Origin: Patescibacteria group bacterium
GTDB lineage: Bacteria; Patescibacteriota; Dojkabacteria; J137
Assembly (NCBI GenBank): GCA_016861265.1
Contig: BOLA01000001.1
Span: 11,569 to 75,568 of the forward strand
Length of the DNA: 64,000 nucleotides
Direction of reading: 5' to 3'
Shown: positions 47,928 to 57,384 of the stretch, in pieces
Numbering within the stretch: position 1 is the first letter of the stretch
How the letters are laid out: each line of letters begins with the position of its first letter
Translations under genes and position numbers: made by a program
Notes under the pieces: generated by a model
Databases searched by the model: none
The model's input: the letters and a program-made list of their open reading frames with translations, nothing else
What the model was told of the DNA's origin: nothing

Positions 47928-49367
47928 ATGACTAAATTCACTAAATCAATTATAAGAGTAATATTACCATTAGCATCGTTAGGTTTCTTCCTGATTGCCT
48001 CTGTGATCGTATTAATAATATCTCAAGGAAGAACAATAAACGAAGATGGAACTTTTGTTCAAACTGGTATTATTAGAATAAATTCAATTCCTACAGATAA
48101 TGTAAAGGCATATATAAACGATAACGAAGTAAGTTATTCAGAGTTCAGAATCACTAACATTACCCCGGGAATAGTTACATTAAAGCTAACAAAGGATGGT
48201 TACACGCCATGGGTAAAACAAGTAAAGGTTGAATCTGGTATTGTAAAAGATGTTTATGCACAGTTATATCCAAATACAATTCCTTTCACTAAGATTTCAA
48301 CTGTAAATGTTAATAAAACATTTTATTCATCTGATGGTCAATTTATTTATTATGTAATATTAAATGATTCATCCTTAGATGGAATCTGGAGGATAAAGCT
48401 TACTAGAAACTTGCTTGATTTCTCGAATTCTCAGCAAATTAGTCAAATTGTAAAATTCAATACTGAACAAAGAAATGAGCTTAAGGATTCTGAATATACT
48501 ATTGAAAGTTCGGTAGATAATAATAAGTTCATACTACACGTAGGAACAAATTACTATATTTACAATATTGCTGATACTTCAATTAGAACAAATCTAAATT
48601 TGACTCTAGGCTTTAATCCTGAAAATGTAAAATGGTTTAGAGACTCTCAATCCCTAATATTTACCCAAGATAATAAATACTCATTTGAATACGATTTAAC
48701 TGTAAAACAGATTTCCTTAATTGACTATAGCAGTGACTCATTATCAAATTTTGCAGTGTCTGCAAACAATGTGTATTTTTTAAAAAATAATAAGTTGATG
48801 GTCTATACAAATAAGTCTTCTCTGCCTTATGTGTTCAGTGACAAAATCAAGACTCTTCTACCAACAAAAATAAGTTCTGTGTATACGTCTTTCGAGAATC
48901 CTAATGTCTTAATACTTGATGCAGATGGAACCTTGCTATATGTTGATATTCAAAAAGATTTTATTGATGTAATTGATACAAACTCAACATTCTACAAGGC
49001 ATTAAGTAATGGAAGGCTCATAAATTACTTTAAAGACGACGAGCTGCATTCATTCTACGTTGAAGATAACTTTGCAGATAATCTGTTAGATACGTCTAAC
49101 TTTAACCTAGCCATCAAAAGATCTGCATTCACGAGCCTAGAATTTGCTTCCACAGGTAGAAACCTAATACTTTTCAGTAATAACAAGATTACATTAATGG
49201 ATTATGATGGGCTTAATGTAAATACAATACTAACTGAGTTCAACTTTATTGAAAATAAACTTCTATTTGCGAACAACAGCACCGAAATGTACGCATTAAT
49301 ACAAGAAAAGGACGAGATTGGAAATACTGTAAATAATATTTATAAATTTGAATTGAAGTTAAAATAA
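47928..49367 (+). CDS. N-terminally anchored PEGA-domain protein with beta-rich C-terminal region (479 aa)
   Basis: TM helix ILPLASLGFFLIASVIVLII. PEGA-like segment IRINSIPTDNVKAYINDNEVSYSEFRITNITPGIVTLKLTKDGYTPWVKQVKV. Confidence 0.55.
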   Translation: MTKFTKSIIRVILPLASLGFFLIASVIVLIISQGRTINEDGTFVQTGIIRINSIPTDNVKAYINDNEVSYSEFRITNITPGIVTLKLTKDGYTPWVKQVKVESGIVKDVYAQLYPNTIPFTKISTVNVNKTFYSSDGQFIYYVILNDSSLDGIWRIKLTRNLLDFSNSQQISQIVKFNTEQRNELKDSEYTIESSVDNNKFILHVGTNYYIYNIADTSIRTNLNLTLGFNPENVKWFRDSQSLIFTQDNKYSFEYDLTVKQISLIDYSSDSLSNFAVSANNVYFLKNNKLMVYTNKSSLPYVFSDKIKTLLPTKISSVYTSFENPNVLILDADGTLLYVDIQKDFIDVIDTNSTFYKALSNGRLINYFKDDELHSFYVEDNFADNLLDTSNFNLAIKRSAFTSLEFASTGRNLILFSNNKITLMDYDGLNVNTILTEFNFIENKLLFANNSTEMYALIQEKDEIGNTVNNIYKFELKLK

Positions 49368-49396
49368 GGTCTTGTTTGAAATTAAGTGATATAAGA

Positions 49397-49423
49397 AAAG
49401 GAAGCTTAATGCTTCCTTTTTAC
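49397..49423. terminator. bidirectional rho-independent terminator between convergent genes
   Basis: AAAAGGAAGC-TTAAT-GCTTCCTTTTT. T/A tracts on both sides. Confidence 0.55.
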
Positions 49424-49438
49424 TTGCCTAGAAATTAC

Positions 49439-51427
49439 TTAAATGAATAAGCCTTCTTCGTCATCTTCCTCTCTCAAATCAATAATTCTTCTTGGTGCTT
49501 TTACCTCTTTGGTTAGTAATGTTGAGTCTAATTCTTTAATTTTTGCTAATGCTTCTTCTGTTGTGGTACATACATTAACAAAGCTTAAATCAGTATCTGA
49601 TAATTTAAACATATTTTTTAGCTGACTAAGAATAGCTGTCCACCCCTTACCTAATAAAATAATTGGCTTATTTTGACCAGGGTACATACTGCTAGTAGAC
49701 CAAACTTCGAATAGAATACCTAGATTATTCAATCCAAAAACTTCTGGCATTATCAACAGATCGGATTCTTTAATAATATTTTTAATTTTATCTGCAGTAT
49801 TTGAGAACATCATTACAGTAAAATTATCGTAGTCACCTAGATCAGCTTCGTCTGAATATTCTGAATGAAATGGCTTTAGATACATTCCAGTAAGATCAAT
49901 TCCTCTTTCCTTAGCACTTTCAAAGACACTCTTAGCATATCCTTTTGCTGAATCAATAATAAATACTTCTGAAAACTCAGAAAGTCTCTTAGAAAGTTCA
50001 GTAATTTTTTCAACAACTTTAGAATTTGGTTGAGAATTTAGACCAATAAAACCTACAGTTTTAAAATAGGACATTTCAAAGTTAATTGGGGTAACTGTTG
50101 CCGTTGGAGCTGCTTCAGCTGCAGCCTCTGCTGCAGGAATTACAACTGGATTTTCATTAGCCTCAATTAAAGTTGCTGCCTGCTCTGTTACTGTTTCTGA
50201 AACATTTTCTACAGTAGTAGGTACAGGCATATTTAGGTCCGTTGTAGTTATAGGCTCAGCTGAGATTTCTTCAACACTTTGATTTGTGGAATCTAATTCA
50301 TCCATTAATGGTGGTGCAACTTGCATTCCTGTCTCAAACGTAGGAACGGAAGGCATTTGCTCTGCAGAAACTGAATTTTCAGCTGAAGCTGTAACTTCTG
50401 TATTGTTTTCCGGCCCGTTCACTTCTGCAACTGACTGCATTGTATCGGTCTGAGAATTCTGTTCAGATGGCAAGGTAGACTCTCCAACACCAATTTCTAA
50501 TCCAGATAAATTATTAGTAGTCTCAGGTTCGGTTTTTACCTCTTCTGTAACTACATTGTTTTGTATTTCTGTAACCGGAAGTTCCGCATTATTTGTCGTG
50601 CTATTAAGTCCATTTACTTCTGTTGTAGTATTAGTCATTGAATTTTCAGTTGGAATATCTAAAGACTGTGTATTTGTTTCTAGTGGTTCTACGGGAAGAG
50701 TTCCAACAAGACTGTTAGAACTCATTTGTGAATCAATTGAATTATTTGAAAAGTTATTAATTACTTCTGGCTGAGGCTCATTAATAATTGAATTTGCAGT
50801 GTCTTGATCGGGTACAGGTAAATTGTTCTGCTCTCCTGTTGGGTTCTGAACATCTGTAGTTGGCTCCACCTGTGTATTATCTGCTTCTTCAGAAACAGTT
50901 TGTTCTGGTGCATTAGTTACAGGTTCAAATGTTGTAACTTTAATGCCTTCAGGCATTGTCTCTGTATGACCTTGATGAGGCTTAACTTCTGGTAAAACAG
51001 GATGTTTACTTGGATCAACATACTCGTAAGAAGGAACGTCCTTTTCTTCGGTTTGAGTCGGTTGTGTGGCCTGTGGCATTTGCAAATCAGGTACCGTAGG
51101 TGTATTAACAGTAGGCATATTCGTTGCTGCCATATCCATAACTGGTGCAGGTGCTACGGCATTCTGTGGCTCCATGGAAGGTACTGCCAAATTCTGTAAT
51201 CCAGGATATTGCTGGGCTTGATCCTGAGTTACATTAGCCTGTGGCACTATAGGTGCAGGATTAGTTGCATAAGGCGATGGATTAGCCATCGGGTAAGAAA
51301 CATTCGCCAAAGATTGGTTAGTATAACTTTGCTGAATGCTTGCGAAATCAGGTACGGCAGGTGGATTAACGTTATCTCCTTGTGGATTCGTTGTTCCGCC
51401 TTTTTGGAAAAAGTCTAGCAATCCCAT
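49439..51427 (-). CDS. protein with ~440-aa low-complexity N-terminal region and C-terminal degenerate LOG/YvdD-like Rossmann domain
   Basis: The C-terminal ~200 aa (VGFIGLNS...; DLLIMPEVFGLNNLGILFEVW...KPIILLGKGW) run parallel to the LOG family, but the PGGxGTxxE motif is not conserved. The N-terminus is Pro/Thr/Gln/Asn/Glu/Val-rich with no TM. Acidic tail REEDDEEGLFI. Confidence 0.5.
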   Translation of the reverse strand: MGLLDFFQKGGTTNPQGDNVNPPAVPDFASIQQSYTNQSLANVSYPMANPSPYATNPAPIVPQANVTQDQAQQYPGLQNLAVPSMEPQNAVAPAPVMDMAATNMPTVNTPTVPDLQMPQATQPTQTEEKDVPSYEYVDPSKHPVLPEVKPHQGHTETMPEGIKVTTFEPVTNAPEQTVSEEADNTQVEPTTDVQNPTGEQNNLPVPDQDTANSIINEPQPEVINNFSNNSIDSQMSSNSLVGTLPVEPLETNTQSLDIPTENSMTNTTTEVNGLNSTTNNAELPVTEIQNNVVTEEVKTEPETTNNLSGLEIGVGESTLPSEQNSQTDTMQSVAEVNGPENNTEVTASAENSVSAEQMPSVPTFETGMQVAPPLMDELDSTNQSVEEISAEPITTTDLNMPVPTTVENVSETVTEQAATLIEANENPVVIPAAEAAAEAAPTATVTPINFEMSYFKTVGFIGLNSQPNSKVVEKITELSKRLSEFSEVFIIDSAKGYAKSVFESAKERGIDLTGMYLKPFHSEYSDEADLGDYDNFTVMMFSNTADKIKNIIKESDLLIMPEVFGLNNLGILFEVWSTSSMYPGQNKPIILLGKGWTAILSQLKNMFKLSDTDLSFVNVCTTTEEALAKIKELDSTLLTKEVKAPRRIIDLREEDDEEGLFI

Positions 51428-51695
51428 ATTTAAAACATAATAAGTACAACAATACTTAATAAGAATACAGAATATTTTTGTTCATTACAAGGCGTACAAT
51501 ATGCATGCCCTAGTCAAGACAGATTGAATGTTGCAATAAATACCTTACAACAATCAGTATTGGTATAAGCTTTTGTAACTTTGATTATTTCAGTGTTTAG
51601 CACCACACGTTAGTTATATTTCGTCTGAATTAAGTTATATACTGTAAAAACTTAACTGCTTAAGTTAAAATTCAAAGTATTAATAAATTAAATCC

Positions 51696-53132
51696 ATGGA
51701 AAATTCATTACCTATACCGGAAGTTGACTCTTTAATTTCTACTGTAGAAAAGATCAAAGCCAAGCAAATTAAGGTTGTTGATTTGGTAGCAGAACACTTA
51801 AAAAGAGCTCACGAAATTAACCCAAGAATTAACACATTTATAACAATCCTAGACCAAGCCATAGAAAAAGCAAAAGAAATAGACGCTAAAATTGAAGCAG
51901 GTGAAGATTTATCTAAATTCAGATTATTAGGCATTCCATTTACAGCAAAGGATCTATACTTGGTAAAAGACGTTAGAACTACATTTGCTTCTCAATTAAT
52001 GAAGGATTTTGTTGCGCCATACACATCTACAGTATTACAAAAATGCTTAGACGAAGGTGCAATTTTAATAGGAAAAACAAACTGTGATCCATGGGGATTT
52101 GGAGGTTCAGGAGAAAATTCAGGATACGGACCTACCAAACATCCATTAGATTTTACCAAAACCCCAGGTGGTTCTAGTTCTGGGTCAGCTGCCAGCTTAT
52201 TGGCTGGAGTTGGATTCTTTAGTTTAGGAACAGACACAGGAGGATCGGTAAGATTACCTGCAAGCTTTTGTGGAATCTATTCTATAAAACCAACATATGG
52301 CAGAAATTCCAGATACGGAATTGGTGCAATGGGATCAAGTTTTGATACTCCAGGCTTTTTTACCAGAAACATAAAGGATATGGCCTTACTTGAACAAGTA
52401 ATGGCAGGTAAAGATATTAAAGATGCTACAACTCAAGAAGTTGCAGTAGAAAATTACTTAAGCCAGCTGGATAATCTAAATTTAAAAGACATAACAATTG
52501 GCTTACCTAAAGAATTTTATGGAGAAGGCTTAAGCCTTGATGTAAAACAAGCAATAGATAATAAAATTGAAGAATTAAAAGCAAAAGGAGCAAAATTTAA
52601 AGAAGTTAGCATTCCAAGCACTAAATATGGACTTGGTGTGTACTACATTTTAGTACCTGCCGAAATATCTTCTAACAGAGCACGTTATGATGGCGTTAGA
52701 TATGGTCAAAAAGTAAGCGATAACTACGAAGAAAATATGGTTGAATCTAGAAGCAAATACCTGGAAGATGAGGTTAAACGAAGAATTATGATTGGTACAT
52801 ATTCATTAAGCGCGGGTTACGCCGATCAATTCTATAAGCAGGCAAGTAAAGTAAGAACTAAATTAAAAAGAGAATTTGAAGCAGCTCTAAAAGAAGTTGA
52901 CTGCTTATTAACTCCAGTTAGCCCAACAACAGCATTTAAATTAGGCGAAAAGGCAAATGATCCTGTTCAAATGTACTTGGTAGATATTTATACAGTAACT
53001 GCTAACTTAGTTGGAGTTCCAGCCATTGCAATCCCAGCAGGCAAAGATAAAGATGGAATGCCTATAGGATTACAGATTATGGGAAGACCATTTGAAGATG
53101 GTAAGTTGATGGGAGTGGCAAGGCTAATCTAA
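51696..53132 (+). CDS. gatA: amidase-signature enzyme, probable Glu/Asp-tRNA amidotransferase subunit A
   Basis: 478 aa. Amidase signature GGSSSGSAASLLAG. Ser-cisSer-Lys triad context. GatA-like length. gatB and gatC are not in this window. Confidence 0.6.
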   Translation: MENSLPIPEVDSLISTVEKIKAKQIKVVDLVAEHLKRAHEINPRINTFITILDQAIEKAKEIDAKIEAGEDLSKFRLLGIPFTAKDLYLVKDVRTTFASQLMKDFVAPYTSTVLQKCLDEGAILIGKTNCDPWGFGGSGENSGYGPTKHPLDFTKTPGGSSSGSAASLLAGVGFFSLGTDTGGSVRLPASFCGIYSIKPTYGRNSRYGIGAMGSSFDTPGFFTRNIKDMALLEQVMAGKDIKDATTQEVAVENYLSQLDNLNLKDITIGLPKEFYGEGLSLDVKQAIDNKIEELKAKGAKFKEVSIPSTKYGLGVYYILVPAEISSNRARYDGVRYGQKVSDNYEENMVESRSKYLEDEVKRRIMIGTYSLSAGYADQFYKQASKVRTKLKREFEAALKEVDCLLTPVSPTTAFKLGEKANDPVQMYLVDIYTVTANLVGVPAIAIPAGKDKDGMPIGLQIMGRPFEDGKLMGVARLI

Positions 53133-53157
53133 AACTTGACAGACTAGAGGGCGGTCC

Positions 53158-53197
53158 TAGACTAATAGTTAGAATAAGCTATTAGTCTAGTATTTTG
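53158..53197 (+). terminator. candidate terminator hairpin after gatA (11-bp perfect inverted repeat)
   Basis: TAGACTAATAG-ttagaataag-CTATTAGTCTA followed by GTATTTTG (a weak U-tract). Confidence 0.4.
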
Positions 53198-53306
53198 ACA
53201 GAAAAACAATACCTAAAGTTAGTAAAATTCTTACTATTTTTAATAGTTACTTTTATACTATATATTCTAAAGACTTTGGGGTTTCTTCCTGAAGAACTCT
53301 ATGATC

Positions 53307-54746
53307 TTATAATAAAGGTGATAGAATTTGTCCCTCTGCTGTATCCTTAACCACCAATCCAAACTCAGCTTTTAATCTATCTCTTAATTCATCCGATTTT
53401 TTAAAGTCTTTATTTAATCTGGCAATAGCTCTTTCATCTATTAAAATTTGAACCTCTAACGGTATTTCTAGAGTTTCTGGATTATTAATTGGCTTATCTA
53501 GGTTTAAGCCTAACACTCTGTCAAAATCCAAAACTGTGGCTAATTTTGTAGCACTTGGTAAATCGGCTTTAGTAACTTCCCAAACTACACTCAAAGCCAA
53601 AGGTATATTAAAGTCATCTTCTAAGGCTTCTACAAATTTAGCTTTTAAAGATTCGTCTATTTTAAAGTCAGGGCTTGGAGTCTGTTCACTTCCTTTGGCC
53701 CAGTTATTAACAAAGTTCTGTAGTCTTTCGTACGCCTTAACAGACGCATCTAAACCTTCAAAGGTAAAATTCTGTTTGCTTCTGTATTGAGACTGCAAAA
53801 AGAAATACCTTAATGCTAATGGATTGTAACCTTTTTCTGTTAGTGTGCTTAAATTCCAAACATTGCCTAAGGATTTACTCATTTTGGTACCGTCTACATC
53901 TAGGTGTTCATTATGTACCCAATAGTGAACATAGTCAGTATCATTTGCCGATTCACTTTGTGCAATTTCGTTCGTATGGTGAACAGGAATATGCTCTACT
54001 CCGCCCATATGAATATCTAAAGTATCGCCTAAATTAGCTTTAGCCATTGCAGAACACTCAATATGCCAGCCCGGGAAACCAAAGCCATGTTCAACTTCTG
54101 TGGATTCAAATGGCGATTCCCAATATTGTAATGCGTTTTTATGAACGCCAGTCTTAAAGAACCATAACGCAAAATCAGCTGGATTCTTTTTATTATCATC
54201 ACTAACATCTCCATGACCTTCACCTAATTTATTCATTTCTAATTTTTGACCACTTAGTGCTGTGTACTCAGGAAATTTTGTAACATCAAAATATATTGCC
54301 TTTGGTGTTGAGTAAGCTATTCCCTTATTTAGCAATACCTTAACCATTTCAATCATTGGCTGTAAGTAATCAGTGGCTCTTGCTGTTACAGTGGGAGTTA
54401 GTACATTCAAGTTATTAACATCAATTTCGAACTCACTAATATATTTATCGGCAATTTGCTTTGGACTAACACCTTCTCGTTTTGCACCTTTTTCCATTTT
54501 GTCTTCACCTTCGTCCCCGTCACTGGTTAAGTGCCCAAAGTCTGTATAATTACGTACATATTTAACTTCGTAACCCATATACATTAAGCTTCTTCTTATT
54601 AAATCGCCCATTACAACAGCCCTCATGTTGCCAATATGCTGAGTCCAATAAACCGTAGGACCACACTGGTAGAACCTTACTTTACCTTCTTCAATTGGCT
54701 TAAAAACCTGTAATTCCCTGCCTAATGTATTAAATATCTTTAACAT
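53307..54746 (-). CDS. cysS: cysteinyl-tRNA synthetase
   Basis: 479 aa. HIGH motif (HIGNMRAV). KMSKS motif (KMSKSLGN). Zinc-binding Cys at the CysRS start (YQCGPTVY). Confidence 0.93.
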   Translation of the reverse strand: MLKIFNTLGRELQVFKPIEEGKVRFYQCGPTVYWTQHIGNMRAVVMGDLIRRSLMYMGYEVKYVRNYTDFGHLTSDGDEGEDKMEKGAKREGVSPKQIADKYISEFEIDVNNLNVLTPTVTARATDYLQPMIEMVKVLLNKGIAYSTPKAIYFDVTKFPEYTALSGQKLEMNKLGEGHGDVSDDNKKNPADFALWFFKTGVHKNALQYWESPFESTEVEHGFGFPGWHIECSAMAKANLGDTLDIHMGGVEHIPVHHTNEIAQSESANDTDYVHYWVHNEHLDVDGTKMSKSLGNVWNLSTLTEKGYNPLALRYFFLQSQYRSKQNFTFEGLDASVKAYERLQNFVNNWAKGSEQTPSPDFKIDESLKAKFVEALEDDFNIPLALSVVWEVTKADLPSATKLATVLDFDRVLGLNLDKPINNPETLEIPLEVQILIDERAIARLNKDFKKSDELRDRLKAEFGLVVKDTAEGQILSPLL

Positions 54747-54788
54747 ATTTGAGTATTAATATTTGTATAAAATTTTAGCATTAATAGC

Positions 54789-55007
54789 CTATTCAGTATA
54801 AAAATTCCTATTCGCCTTAGATTCAATCATGCGCTTTGCAAACTCTTCAATATAGCTAGTAAAACTATCGTTTCTTTTAGTACCACTTAAAAGTGTTACT
54901 TTAAATGTTTTCTTTTGATAATAAATGGTAAGTTTTATCTTAACGTTATGTTCTTGAGTATTATCGGTAAAAATATATTCTCCTTTATCTATAATTAAAC
55001 TCTTCAT
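54789..55007 (-). CDS. small hypothetical protein (72 aa) immediately upstream of cysS
   Basis: ORF track. Non-repetitive composition. 42-nt gap to cysS. Preceded by a terminator-like hairpin 10 nt upstream of its ATG. Confidence 0.4.
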   Translation of the reverse strand: MKSLIIDKGEYIFTDNTQEHNVKIKLTIYYQKKTFKVTLLSGTKRNDSFTSYIEEFAKRMIESKANRNFYTE

Positions 55008-55017
55008 AAATCACTCT

Positions 55018-55050
55018 AAAAAATAAAAAAACCTCCGTTGGAGGTCAAAT
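55018..55050 (-). promoter_or_regulatory. intrinsic-terminator hairpin with alternative upstream pairing partner (attenuator/riboswitch-like expression platform) directly 5' of the small ORF-cysS unit
   Basis: Minus strand reads ...AGGAGGTTGTTAAAGCACGGCTTAACATTTAAATTTG-ACCTCCAACGGAGGT-TTTTTTATTTTTT. The terminator is ACCTCC/GGAGGT plus a U-tract. An upstream GGAGGT copy could pair with ACCTCC instead, acting as an antiterminator. No coding gene lies upstream on this strand. Confidence 0.45.
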
Positions 55051-55234
55051 TTAAATGTTAAGCCGTGCTTTAACAACCTCCTAGATATAGATTGCAAAGG
55101 CAACAACAGAACTGAACTTTTTTAGTGTTGAATTTAGTATTCATTCAAAATAGTATAACTTAAAAGTTTTAGAATATCAGTTTGACCAAACATTTCCTTT
55201 AAGTTTATACTTTTAAACTATAATTGAATTATAT

Positions 55235-55846
55235 ATGGACACAATTTTATTAGTTGATTTTGACGGTACAATTTTCAATTCTGACTTATTTCATAAGAAT
55301 ATAGCAGAATATTTAAACATTAAATACAAACTACCCCTGGAAGACTTCTATAGTAGTTTTGAAAAGGCAAAGGAGGATGGACTACCCCACAATCTAAAGA
55401 AACAATTAAAAATAGTAGGGTTTAGAAATGTTAATGGTCTTATTAAAGAAATAAAACAGCACCTTTTGTCTACCAATCAGAACTATATTTATGAAGATGT
55501 TCTGGATTTTATTAATAAATACAAAAAATCTATAGTTATTTATACTTTTGCAGACGAAAAATATTATAAGTATAAGCAAAGAATAAGTAGCCTTAGCAAA
55601 TACAGGCTTCCATATATTATTGTAAATTCAGATAAAAACACATTTCTAAGCACTAATATTAATTCACTTGATAAAATTGCAAATAAAAAGATTATTTGGG
55701 TTGACGATAAGATAAGCGTGTTTAAGAACACAATTAAGAATGTAGAATTTATTAGAATAAAAAGAGAAGGGAATAAGCATTCGGTTTACGATACTCCGAA
55801 AGATATTACGGAAATTAATAATCTATTAGAGTTAAATATTGTTTGA
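55235..55846 (+). CDS. HAD-superfamily hydrolase-like protein
   Basis: Motif I LVDFDGTIF (DxDGT). C-terminal WVDDK motif IV-like. Confidence 0.55.
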   Translation: MDTILLVDFDGTIFNSDLFHKNIAEYLNIKYKLPLEDFYSSFEKAKEDGLPHNLKKQLKIVGFRNVNGLIKEIKQHLLSTNQNYIYEDVLDFINKYKKSIVIYTFADEKYYKYKQRISSLSKYRLPYIIVNSDKNTFLSTNINSLDKIANKKIIWVDDKISVFKNTIKNVEFIRIKREGNKHSVYDTPKDITEINNLLELNIV

Positions 55847-57384
55847 GAAATAATAAGATAATAACAATTCTGGGCGTTGGTGGACATGGATCTTCTGCCT
55901 ATACGCAGCTTACAACCGATAAAAAGTATAAAGACTACCAAATACATCTTGTACTTGGAACGGACGATTCTGGAGGACACACTGGTGTGCTTCAAAGAGT
56001 TCTTCCGAAAATGAATTTGAACATAGAAGCTCATAAAGTCCTACCAATGGGCGATCTAAAATCAAACATTGGAAGATATGTTTTTAATCTTAGTGAAGAT
56101 AAAGAAGAAGGAAAGCAGAAACTAGATCAGATGGTATCTGCATATAAAGGTTCAAATTTGAACGAATTCTTAGAAAGATGCTATGAATTCTGCAAAACCT
56201 ACGAACTCAATAGTAACTTATACAATAAAGAATTTATAGAATTCTGTAAAAATTACTTCGAAACATTTTCTAAAACCGAAAATAGCGAACCTAATCACAA
56301 AATAGGAAACTTGTTCCTAACGTTTCTTTTTATTAGCATGGGTTTTAACCATGAAGACTTCTTCAATGAGCTTAGAAATTTAAAACTATTACCGCCTCAA
56401 GTGTTCCCCCATTTCTTATATTCCGAAGTATTAGAGTTAAGAGGTAAAAACTTCGACACCGGAATTGAATTTATTTCCGAAGCAGAAGTTGACGATGCAA
56501 AACTGCCTATTTCGCCTTCTTCCTACAAACTGGTAAAACTCTCTGACCACAGTGTATTAACACTAAAAGACATTAATTCAAATCATTCAGAAATTATTAA
56601 TATTCTTCAACAATCGGAACTTGTAGTTCTTTCGACAGGATCAATTGCCAATCTTTTTGCACAGTTAAATGTATTGTCACCATTGCTACAAATTTTAGAT
56701 TGTACAAAGGTGTGGCTGGGAAATTTTGCACGATCAAGCAACGAATCAGAGTTTGTTGTACTTGTAACTTATTATTACTCGCATGAACATTTAGGACTCG
56801 ATGGAATTGTTCTTCAAATGAGCGAATCAGTCTTCGATAATTTAACTATAAATGCCAATAACTCTATTTGGGTGGAAAAATACCGAAAACAAGGAAAAAC
56901 ATTCGTAAATATTACTGATTTAATGACAAGTATTAAAAAAGTTTTTAACTACAATGGATTATTAAAAGTTACGAACTTAGTTCAGCCTATACTTGGAATT
57001 ACCGCTGCTGGTGACTCAATTGCAGAAAGAATACCCGGTTGGGATAGCCTAAGTGCTTCTAAAAAAGAAACCTACAAATCAGTCCTTGAACAGGGTGGTA
57101 TTAAGCACGTGTCTTTAGAAGTAACAATGTTTATTGAGTTTTTCTACTACTTACACTTGTTTTTAAAAAACGAATTAAATATTCATATAAAAGATGAGCG
57201 TTATCAAAAAATTGCTGAACTATTAAGTCTTTTGCAATTAGATAAAAAAGAAAATCTTCAACACGAGATTAATGAATATATAAAAGTATTAACCACCCCA
57301 AACAGCAAAGAGGAATTTGTAAAAGCTATAAAAGTATTTAATAAAGATTTAAAAATACTAGCTTTACAGGATTTGTTAAAATAA
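55843..57384 (+). CDS. YvcK/CofD (UPF0052) family protein with ~190-aa C-terminal extension
   Basis: ILGVGGHGSSAY and LVLGTDDSGGHTGVLQ match the family GGG...DDGGSSG signature. 513 aa vs ~320 typical. Starts at a TTG overlapping the upstream stop. Confidence 0.6.
   Translation: MRNNKIITILGVGGHGSSAYTQLTTDKKYKDYQIHLVLGTDDSGGHTGVLQRVLPKMNLNIEAHKVLPMGDLKSNIGRYVFNLSEDKEEGKQKLDQMVSAYKGSNLNEFLERCYEFCKTYELNSNLYNKEFIEFCKNYFETFSKTENSEPNHKIGNLFLTFLFISMGFNHEDFFNELRNLKLLPPQVFPHFLYSEVLELRGKNFDTGIEFISEAEVDDAKLPISPSSYKLVKLSDHSVLTLKDINSNHSEIINILQQSELVVLSTGSIANLFAQLNVLSPLLQILDCTKVWLGNFARSSNESEFVVLVTYYYSHEHLGLDGIVLQMSESVFDNLTINANNSIWVEKYRKQGKTFVNITDLMTSIKKVFNYNGLLKVTNLVQPILGITAAGDSIAERIPGWDSLSASKKETYKSVLEQGGIKHVSLEVTMFIEFFYYLHLFLKNELNIHIKDERYQKIAELLSLLQLDKKENLQHEINEYIKVLTTPNSKEEFVKAIKVFNKDLKILALQDLLK

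Noticed and set aside
51002-51418. Two Cys/Arg/Trp-rich plus-strand ORFs (51002..51199, 51209..51418) antisense to the low-complexity region of the LOG-like gene
   Set aside because: Their odd Cys/Arg/Trp-rich composition mirrors the repetitive Pro/Thr/Gln codons on the opposite strand. They have no start context and are artefacts of the sense-strand repeat.
55051-55234. 21-codon TTG-initiated peptide (MLKHGLTFKFDLQRRFFYFLE) overlapping the terminator as a leader peptide
   Set aside because: The TTG directly abuts the AGGAGG with zero spacing, so ribosome-binding geometry is wrong. It is treated as non-coding leader sequence.
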